A stretch of DNA of 14,368 nucleotides, taken from contig JAOPTX010000100.1 of NCBI GenBank assembly GCA_051532055.1, positions 1 through 14,368 of the forward strand, given 5' to 3'. The position numbers and the translations under genes are program-made. Origin of the DNA: Fibrobacterales bacterium (GTDB taxonomy: Bacteria; Fibrobacterota; Fibrobacteria; Fibrobacterales; JAOPTW01). Each line of letters begins with the position of its first letter. The stretch's first letter is position 1. This document shows positions 7,185 through 14,368 of the stretch, one piece after another. The notes below the pieces were generated by a model, which saw only the letters and a program-made list of their open reading frames with translations, did not search any database and was not told the origin of the DNA.

Positions 7185-9986
7185 ATGAAAATAATAATTA
7201 TGGCCTTTCTATTGTTAACAATGCCATTGTTTTGGGGATGTGATTTATTTAAATCCAGTAAATCAACTGAAAACCTACCACCTGAGCTTACCATTTATTC
7301 AGATACAACATTAAGTGTAAATGATAGCATCAACCTTTCAGTACAGCTTACTGATGAGGATTCTGCCAGCGTGGAATATATTTGGCAAATTGACGAACTA
7401 AACATGCTTGATACATTATTTGAAAATAATATTTTAGTTGCATTTCCAAAAACTGGAACATATGATGTTATTATCACGGCAATTGATAATAAGGGCAGCC
7501 TTTCAGATCCCGATACATTGAAGGTAACCATTTTTTCATCAATGCCCTCTGTTCAAATTTCAACTACACCAGCTCGTCACCCTGTAAATGACACTCTTAA
7601 ATTTACTGTTACAGCCACCGATACAGACGGTAAAGTCATCGATTATTTGTGGTCTTTTGATAATAATCAATTTAATGTGACAAAAGAACCAATGTTTAAA
7701 GCAATATGGAGCTCAGAAGAGTTTGGTAGTAAAACTCTATATGTAAAAGTCATTGATGATGATAGCTTAACATCACTTGTTGATTCTATATCGTTTGAAA
7801 TCGCCAAATTGCAACCACAGTTAAATCTATCAGCAGACACTTCAATTTTTGTTAATGATTCAATTTCATTTAATGCTAATGCTATCGATTCTAATGGAAC
7901 GGTGGTTAAACACCTTTGGTCTTTTGATAATATAACATGGGATACTACATCAATGGCATCTTTAACCAAAGCATGGCCTATTAATGATTATGGGATTAAA
8001 ATACTATATGCTAAAGTAATAGATGATGACGGCATCGAGTCATCAGTTGATTCTACTAGAATTGAAGTTCTTTTATCAGCGCCAATAGTCAAATCAATGA
8101 GTGATACTTCAATTTTCGTAAATGACTCTATAAACCTTAATGTATCTGCTACAGATGTAAATGGGACAATATTTAAATACCTTTGGTCATTTGACAACGT
8201 AACATGGGATACTACATCAAATGCAACGTTGACCAAAGCATGGGTCATTAACGACTATGGCAATAAAACAATGTATGTAAAAGTGATTGATGATGATGGT
8301 GTTGGATCCACTATAGACTCTACCAAAATAAATGTTACTCTTTCTGCACCTGTTCTTATAGCAATGAATGATACTATAGTGGCAGTAAATGATTCGATAC
8401 TATTTACTGCGTTAGCAACAGATAACAATGGTAATATTATAAATTATTTATGGTCTTTGGATAGTGGCAAATCGTATGCATCCACAATGGAAGGAGCATA
8501 CAAATATATTTGGCCAATTAATGAATATGGTTCAAAATTAATTTTGGTTAAGGCTATGGATGATGATAATGTAGAATCTAATGTTGATACTATTGTTGTC
8601 ACAGTTAATCAATGCCTTCCCGAAGTACAGGCAATAAATTTACAAGGTCAAATCAGCGATACAATAATAAGCATAAATGATTCAATATATATTGGTATAT
8701 CGGCAACAGACTCGAATGGCCAAATATCCAAATATTACTGGGATTTCAATGCAGATGGCTGGGATGATAGTACAAGTAATACTGGTTCGTTAAGTCGTTA
8801 TTTAAAATGGCCTGCTGGTGGAAATGTAAAAGTAGTTGTAGGCGCTTTGGATGATGATGGATTAATTGGTTTAGATACATTTAATGTTTTGTTTAATAGA
8901 CCACCAACATCATGTGACTTGAATACCAATTTTAATCCTGACAAAGGTGGCTGGAGTAATTTTAATTATACTTCGGATAATGGTAGCATTCAAGTTTCTT
9001 TTACAGGTGTTGATCCTGATGGGGGTTTTGATGTCCTGAGTTATGATTTTTATTGGGGACTTGATTCAAATGGTATGACTCAAAAATCTATTGGAATGAA
9101 TGGCACTGTTTCCATCACAGATATAGAAGTTCAAACTACTTATTATTGGAAAGTTATTGCTAGAGATTTGTATGGAGATAGCACTGTGCAGACTGGTTTA
9201 TTTAGTCCCATTGATTACCCACTAGATGGAATATTTTGGAACAATACAACTGGAACGCCAAACTTTACTAGTAACTTTGATGGTCAGGTTACTACTTTTT
9301 CTCATGATGGCCAAATGTGGTTAATTGCAGCTAAGACTTACAATAACACCTCAAATATGATTTATAACTCTGCTGATGGTATCAATTGGGTCAAAGTTAC
9401 CGGAACACCAAACTTTACTAGTAACTTTGATGGTCAAGTTACAGCTTTTTCTCATGATGGCCAAATGTGGTTAGTTGCAGCTAAGACTTACAGTAACACA
9501 TCGAATATGATTTTTAAATCTGCTGATGGTATCAATTGGGTCAAAGTTACCGGAACACCAAACTTTACTAGTAACTTTGATGGTCAAGTTACAGCTTTTT
9601 CTCATGATGGCCAAATGTGGTTAGTTGCAGCTGAGACTTACAGTAACACATCGAATATGATTTTTAAATCTACTGATGGCATCAATTGGGTTAAAGTTAC
9701 CGGAACACCAAACTTTGCTAGTAATTTTGATGGTCAAGTTACAGCTTTTTCTCATGATGGCCAAATGTGGTTAGTTGCAGCTGAGACTTACAATAACACA
9801 TCGAATATGATTTATAAATCTACTAATGGTATCAATTGGGTTAAAGTTACTGGAACACCAAACTTCACTAGTAACTTTGATGGTCAAGTTGCAGCTTTTT
9901 CTCATGATGGCCAAATGTGGTTAGTTGCAGCTAAGACTTATAGCAATACATCGAATACTATCCACAAATCCGGAAGAAATAATTAA
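7185..9986 (+). CDS. Large lipoprotein: about 6 PKD/Ig-like domains, an FN3-like domain and a C-terminal repeat beta-propeller
   Basis: Lipobox FWG-C; repeated NDSI..A.D.NG....Y.WSFD..KVIDDDG units of about 89 aa; YYWKVIARD; five 50-aa repeats with Asp-box-like SxDGINW. Confidence 0.85.
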   Translation: MKIIIMAFLLLTMPLFWGCDLFKSSKSTENLPPELTIYSDTTLSVNDSINLSVQLTDEDSASVEYIWQIDELNMLDTLFENNILVAFPKTGTYDVIITAIDNKGSLSDPDTLKVTIFSSMPSVQISTTPARHPVNDTLKFTVTATDTDGKVIDYLWSFDNNQFNVTKEPMFKAIWSSEEFGSKTLYVKVIDDDSLTSLVDSISFEIAKLQPQLNLSADTSIFVNDSISFNANAIDSNGTVVKHLWSFDNITWDTTSMASLTKAWPINDYGIKILYAKVIDDDGIESSVDSTRIEVLLSAPIVKSMSDTSIFVNDSINLNVSATDVNGTIFKYLWSFDNVTWDTTSNATLTKAWVINDYGNKTMYVKVIDDDGVGSTIDSTKINVTLSAPVLIAMNDTIVAVNDSILFTALATDNNGNIINYLWSLDSGKSYASTMEGAYKYIWPINEYGSKLILVKAMDDDNVESNVDTIVVTVNQCLPEVQAINLQGQISDTIISINDSIYIGISATDSNGQISKYYWDFNADGWDDSTSNTGSLSRYLKWPAGGNVKVVVGALDDDGLIGLDTFNVLFNRPPTSCDLNTNFNPDKGGWSNFNYTSDNGSIQVSFTGVDPDGGFDVLSYDFYWGLDSNGMTQKSIGMNGTVSITDIEVQTTYYWKVIARDLYGDSTVQTGLFSPIDYPLDGIFWNNTTGTPNFTSNFDGQVTTFSHDGQMWLIAAKTYNNTSNMIYNSADGINWVKVTGTPNFTSNFDGQVTAFSHDGQMWLVAAKTYSNTSNMIFKSADGINWVKVTGTPNFTSNFDGQVTAFSHDGQMWLVAAETYSNTSNMIFKSTDGINWVKVTGTPNFASNFDGQVTAFSHDGQMWLVAAETYNNTSNMIYKSTNGINWVKVTGTPNFTSNFDGQVAAFSHDGQMWLVAAKTYSNTSNTIHKSGRNN
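9249..9972 (+). repeat. Intragenic tandem repeat, 150 bp x about 5
   Basis: AACTT..CTAGTAA.TTTGATGGTCA recurs at 9261, 9411, 9561, 9711, 9861. Confidence 0.95.
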
Positions 9987-10043
9987 TACTATGATGTTTT
10001 ATTAAATTAATTAAAGCCTATTTTAACAATCGAATACTTCAAA

Positions 10044-10110
10044 CAACACGAAAAGGCAGCAATAAATTTCCGTAAATATGAAATTCACAGCTGCCGTTTT
10101 CGGAACGTTG
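10044..10110 (+). repeat. attC-like core site 5
   Basis: CAAC-aCGAAAA-GGCAGC...GCTGCC-g-TTTTCG-gaa-CGTTG; same subfamily as site 8. Confidence 0.85.
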
Positions 10111-10398
10111 TAAGACATTGGCACACAATCTAGAGGGGCCGTGTGGGCTAAAATTTAAAAAATTATAATCACAGCTCTGGCAGTTCGTTGCATTTTTTAA
10201 AGCCCACCTGACAAGTAGACTGAATCACTGGGCTTTCATATTACATGACATTGCTTTCCTTTTAATTTGAAAGCAATACTCGCTTTGCTCGTGTCATGCA
10301 ATATTCAGCCCTTTAAGTAGCTCACCCTCCCTGAATGTGTAGTTTAGTCAGGTGTAGTGGCTATTTGCCCCTCTAGCTTTGCACCAACGTCTTACAAC
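10107..10398. other. ORF-less, highly structured cassette (candidate ncRNA or ssDNA fold-back)
   Basis: 292 bp between sites 5 and 6, no ORF of 60 aa or more, nested inverted repeats throughout. Confidence 0.75.
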
Positions 10399-10457
10399 AA
10401 CCGTAGCACGCAATAGTTTCTTTTAATATGAAACTACTGCGTACTCCGGCCACGTTG
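10395..10457 (+). repeat. attC-like core site 6
   Basis: CAAC-aaccgta-GCACGCAATAGTTTC-ttttaatat-GAAACTACTGCGTAC..CGTTG. Confidence 0.85.
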
Positions 10458-10558
10458 CAAGACATGTTTTCGGTTTGTGGAGGATTACTAATGTGGCCCT
10501 CAATTATTTTTGTGATATTTCTACCTTTTAATGGTATTAATTCAGTCGGCTAGTTTTA

Positions 10559-11929
10559 ATGAGTATTTTAAAATGTTTTTTCTTGGTGTTAACTTCTGTT
10601 CTTTTGATAAGTTGTTCAAAGGGTTTTGTTAATTCTAATCGAGCAACGGATTCAAGCCCAAAACCTTATTTGAAAGAAGCATACATATTATATCACATGG
10701 GCGTTCAAAATATTGGAGATGCATCAAGACGAGATAGTGATTACTTAAAGCTTATATCTGAATCATTTGGTATCAGTAAAGAGCTGGCAATATTGTATCT
10801 AAAAAAAGTTGAAATTTCGACCCCAAAACAGCGAACAAAGAAATGTTTATACTATCTACAAGAGTCTTTGAAAGAACTTTCTGTAATCAAAAAACAAAAT
10901 CGACAAAAATTTTTTGTAATAAATGTTTTGAACCCATACTTTAGTTTATTGATAAATAATGTTGCAATTCCAAATGCTTTTCATAAAAACATAGCACACC
11001 TAATACCACAATATTTAAGTGGTAAAAATGCAAAAAATGAGTTTAAGAAGTTAGTGAGAATGACAATTGCCTTCGATAGTTTTAAAGAAGTTGATGTTTC
11101 TATAGTAGATAACTTTAATGTGTCGTTACACGAAATTGGTTATCATATGTTCTATAATTTAGATAACCCTTTAGCACATGTTTTTGAAATAAACTCAACC
11201 TTACTTGACAAACAAAAATGGAGTAATAAGAGCGAAACGATCACAATATACATGTTGAAACGTATTGCCCCAAATCTGTTACCTGATCTTCAAGGGTTTT
11301 CATTGTTAGGTACGAAAGAAGTATTTGTTATATCAGATTTCTTTCCATTGCTTGCAGAAGCCTATTTACAAGAACGTACAAACAAATTAACTCCTGGAGA
11401 TGCCTTTGTTGATAAGAAAAATGAGGAGGTTTGGAAAGAATTAAGTATCGACTTAACAATAGAAAATGCAAACTCAATTCTTGAAAGATTAACAAAGAAA
11501 GATTTTTCCAAAACACCCAAAGATAGTATCGTATTAAGATTGGCTTATGCTGTTGCCATACATGAGGCTAAGCATAAAGCTGATGAATATGAAACGGATA
11601 AAATATTATATAGTGTTGATTTTGAGCTTTCAGCATATTTGGCTCAAATACTATATAGTGATACACCGTTTCATTCTTTACGTATGGCATTGTCTTACTT
11701 TGAAAACATGTATGAAGCTTCTGAGGTTGAAATATACTTACCAATTATGAAAAAATTGTGGAATGTGGCTATAAAAACAGCTGAGCCAGATGTGACAACT
11801 GATATAATTAAAAAAGAGGTGTTAAAGATTTACGAAGCCCATAGAATATACTCTGGTGGTTATAGGTTTCCAAAATTGAACAGCTTTAAGAAAAAAGTTG
11901 TTCCTTTTATAAAAAAAGATTTTATGTAA
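10559..11929 (+). CDS. Lipoprotein with HExxH zinc-metallopeptidase-like motif
   Basis: Lipobox LIS-C; AVAIHEAKHKAD followed by DFELSAY (possible third ligand Glu). Confidence 0.75.
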   Translation: MSILKCFFLVLTSVLLISCSKGFVNSNRATDSSPKPYLKEAYILYHMGVQNIGDASRRDSDYLKLISESFGISKELAILYLKKVEISTPKQRTKKCLYYLQESLKELSVIKKQNRQKFFVINVLNPYFSLLINNVAIPNAFHKNIAHLIPQYLSGKNAKNEFKKLVRMTIAFDSFKEVDVSIVDNFNVSLHEIGYHMFYNLDNPLAHVFEINSTLLDKQKWSNKSETITIYMLKRIAPNLLPDLQGFSLLGTKEVFVISDFFPLLAEAYLQERTNKLTPGDAFVDKKNEEVWKELSIDLTIENANSILERLTKKDFSKTPKDSIVLRLAYAVAIHEAKHKADEYETDKILYSVDFELSAYLAQILYSDTPFHSLRMALSYFENMYEASEVEIYLPIMKKLWNVAIKTAEPDVTTDIIKKEVLKIYEAHRIYSGGYRFPKLNSFKKKVVPFIKKDFM

Positions 11930-11991
11930 AGTGCTAAATAATATGGGATTAGCACCTAATCCATCCCCCACAAACCAAAAACACGATCTTG

Positions 11992-12057
11992 CAACAGCGG
12001 TAGCAGTCAATTATTTTCCATAAAGATGAAAATAACTGCCAACTCCCACAAACGTTG
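11992..12057 (+). repeat. attC-like core site 7
   Basis: CAAC-agcggta-GCAGTCAATTATTTTC-cataaagat-GAAAATAACTGCCAAC..CGTTG. Confidence 0.85.
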
Positions 12058-12141
12058 TGTAAAATAGTATCCTTTTTTTAAAAATTCTATAAAATGTTTA
12101 TGGATTATCTAGATGAAGGCTGGTTTGATATGACAATTTCG

Positions 12142-12169
12142 TTGCTTTTACCTTACGGAATGATATAAT
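12142..12169 (+). promoter_or_regulatory. Putative sigma70 promoter with extended -10
   Basis: TTGCTT-N16-TATAAT with TGn preceding the -10 (TGATATAAT), 32 bp upstream of the MCP ATG. Confidence 0.55.
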
Positions 12170-12201
12170 AGTAGACACTAAATTTCCAAGATGAGATTCA
12201 T

Positions 12202-14202
12202 ATGAAAAGTATAAAAAAATCATTGATGGCAAAAATTCTTGTGCTGGCATTAGCATCTGGAGCTGTTCCTATTGTTGTTATCGTTGTGTTTTCGATAGTC
12301 AATATAACTGATAGCATGTTACATCAGATTGGTGAAAATTTGCGTGACAACGCAGAGATGGTTGGAAGTAATATTGATGATTTTTTTGATCAGCGAGAGA
12401 ATGATGCGCGGGTAATATCTCAAGCAAATGTACTCGAGTCTGCCGATGCAATTGTTCAACAAGGTTATTTTGACGATATTATAGATGCAAACCCTAACAT
12501 TACCGGTATTAATGTGATTAGTTCTGATGGGGTAGTATTTTCAAGTAATGGTGACCAGAATAAGGTAGGGGCAACCCTCAAATCATTTAAGCCTGACCTT
12601 GTGCCACTGTATAAGGATGCGCTATCTGCTAAGCAGGGAGATGTTCTTTTTGGAAAAGTACATATTGAACAATCAACTCTTTCGATGTATATGATTACCC
12701 CAGTTACCGATGATTCAAATATCAATGTAATTTCGGTAATTGTAATTGCAATTAATATGCAGCCAATTATTGAAAGTATTGCGCTCTTTAATGAAAATGT
12801 AATTGGTGATGAGTTTGTGTATTTGCTTAATGATGATGGAGAAGTTATTGTAACGGGTGACTCTGAACAAAAGTTATTTACAACGTTTAATGATTTAACC
12901 CACAAGCCAGATGTGCTTGATGCGACAGATGAGGATGGCTCAAAGGATTTCTTGATATATGAAAATTTTAGAGACATTGAGGTTATTGCAGGAATGGCTG
13001 ACATGAGAGCACATGGAGTTAATAATGGTCTCGATTGGGGAATTGTTGCAGTAGCTGAAACAAGTGCTATTGCGCAGCCAGCCTATACATTAAGAAATTA
13101 TCTGCTGCTCATTGCTATTATAGTCCTTGGTATAATAGCAATCATTGCAGTTATAATATCAAGAGCAATAATTGCACCGTTAAATAATGTAAACAAAGGG
13201 TTGCAAGATATTGCTGAAGGCGAAGGGGACCTTACGAAAAGATTAAAGTCTACAACAAACGATGAAATTGGTGAACTTACAGACTGGTTTAACCAAGTGA
13301 TGGAAAAAATTAGAGTAATCATTAAGCAAAACAAAGATAGTGTTAATTCTATAAAAGACTCGTCATCAAATCAAAATGAGGCCGTAACCTCTGTTTCAAA
13401 TGCAACTAATTCCATGACAGAGAAGTCACGAAAAATTGCCCATGATTCTGATTCAGCTACAACTAATATTAATGATATTTCTGAGAATACTGCTCACCTT
13501 AATGCAAATATTTCTACTGTAGCATCGGCAGTAGAGGAGATGAGTACTACGACGAATGAAATAGCACAAAACTGCCAACAAGAGCTTAAAATTGCGGGAG
13601 ATGCGAGTAAAATGGCTCAAGATGCAAATAAAACAATGGAAACAATGAAGCTTTCCGCCGATAAAATAGGTAAAGTTCTCGATACCATAAAAGATATTGC
13701 AGACCAGACGAATCTTTTGGCGCTGAATGCTACAATTGAGGCAGCATCAGCAGGGGATGCTGGAAAAGGTTTTGCTGTGGTAGCAAGTGAGGTTAAAGAG
13801 CTTGCTAAACAGACATCTCAGGCAGTTGATGATATTGCCTCTCAGGTTGCTACTATGCATACAAGTACTAATGATTCTGTAAAGTCAATTGAATCCGTAT
13901 CAACAATTATTGAAGAGGTTAATGTGATTTCTCAGACAATTGTAAGTGCTATTGAAGAACAATCAGCGACGATTAATGAAATTGCCGGAAACATTTCTAA
14001 CCTAAATCAAACAAGTAGTAATGTTGCCGATAATATTAGTGAGTCAGCAAATTATATCGCAAGTATTAATAAAGATGTATCTGCATTTAGCCAGGAGGTT
14101 GATGCAATAACTGATAATATGAGTGAGATAAAAAACAACTCAGATGATCTTACAAGTATTTCAAATGAGTTACATGCCTCTGTCGGTAAATTTATCGTTT
14201 GA
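12202..14202 (+). CDS. Methyl-accepting chemotaxis protein (TM, Cache-like sensor, TM, HAMP, MCP signalling domain)
   Basis: [37 protein letters not shown] hairpin tip; [24 protein letters not shown]; two TM helices. Confidence 0.95.
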   Translation: MKSIKKSLMAKILVLALASGAVPIVVIVVFSIVNITDSMLHQIGENLRDNAEMVGSNIDDFFDQRENDARVISQANVLESADAIVQQGYFDDIIDANPNITGINVISSDGVVFSSNGDQNKVGATLKSFKPDLVPLYKDALSAKQGDVLFGKVHIEQSTLSMYMITPVTDDSNINVISVIVIAINMQPIIESIALFNENVIGDEFVYLLNDDGEVIVTGDSEQKLFTTFNDLTHKPDVLDATDEDGSKDFLIYENFRDIEVIAGMADMRAHGVNNGLDWGIVAVAETSAIAQPAYTLRNYLLLIAIIVLGIIAIIAVIISRAIIAPLNNVNKGLQDIAEGEGDLTKRLKSTTNDEIGELTDWFNQVMEKIRVIIKQNKDSVNSIKDSSSNQNEAVTSVSNATNSMTEKSRKIAHDSDSATTNINDISENTAHLNANISTVASAVEEMSTTTNEIAQNCQQELKIAGDASKMAQDANKTMETMKLSADKIGKVLDTIKDIADQTNLLALNATIEAASAGDAGKGFAVVASEVKELAKQTSQAVDDIASQVATMHTSTNDSVKSIESVSTIIEEVNVISQTIVSAIEEQSATINEIAGNISNLNQTSSNVADNISESANYIASINKDVSAFSQEVDAITDNMSEIKNNSDDLTSISNELHASVGKFIV

Positions 14203-14275
14203 ATTAAGACATTAATCGAGGACGGGGTTAATGGGTTATTTAGAATTCTATCATACGATCCTCAGCTACTTCACA

Positions 14276-14342
14276 CAACACGAAAAGGCATCAATAATTC
14301 CCCAGAAAGATGGGAATTTCAGCTGCCGTTTTCGGGACGTTG
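14276..14342 (+). repeat. attC-like core site 8
   Basis: CAAC-aCGAAAA-GGCATC...GCTGCC-g-TTTTCG-gga-CGTTG. Confidence 0.85.
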
Positions 14343-14368
14343 TAGGTAATAGGTAGGGATTGGGTAGT

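Larger units (their letters stand above)
1..14368 (+). mobile_element. Integron-like gene cassette array (part of a superintegron or CALIN-like array; no integrase in window)
   Basis: Unrelated co-oriented ORFs, each unit separated by related CAAC...CGTTG imperfect palindromes (8 copies); the array runs off both window ends. Confidence 0.85.

Noticed and set aside
9249..9972. 150-bp repeats as DGR template/variable repeats
   Set aside because: In-frame tandem protein repeats, differences not adenine-specific, no reverse transcriptase in the window
11943..11964. Hairpin ATGGGATTAG-CAC-CTAATCCAT after the HExxH gene as a terminator
   Set aside because: Weak stem without a U-tract; may be a side branch of the right arm
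420..13334. Short minus-strand and alternate-frame ORFs (e.g. 1566-1763, 2743-2925, 4005-4247, 11822-12010, 12465-13004)
   Set aside because: Shadows of longer well-supported genes or spanning att-like sites; no recognisable motifs
1752..14279. Terminal inverted arms as IS/MITE ends
   Set aside because: No transposase, no target-site duplications seen, arms unique to each unit and always abutting a core
1690..14342. Recurrent palindromes as a CRISPR array
   Set aside because: Repeats are divergent, 63-179 bp and separated by whole genes; no cas genes

Overview
AT-rich bacterial window, possibly Fibrobacterota (inferred from the FISUMP protein and PKD-repeat lipoprotein), that is entirely an integron-like gene-cassette array with no integrase in view. 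Nine unrelated + strand genes lie in units separated by eight related hairpin cores of the form CAAC-A-N6/7-GCA..stem-loop..CGTTG, a non-canonical attC-like family. The genes encode five lipoproteins (FISUMP, PKD/beta-propeller, HExxH-motif and two hypothetical), a PL6 lyase, a small secreted protein, a membrane-anchored hypothetical protein and an MCP. Each cassette also carries its own cassette-specific terminal inverted repeat (14-33 bp near-perfect, patchy to about 100 bp) running inward from GTTG/CAAC. Every substitution I scored in these arms is C:A on the + strand, i.e. G:T/G:U on the - strand, implying selection for folding of the single minus strand. One cassette has no ORF and is almost wholly fold-back, one contains a nested classical-type attC, and three lipoprotein cassettes share an ECF-sigma-like promoter. 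All alignments were done by eye.
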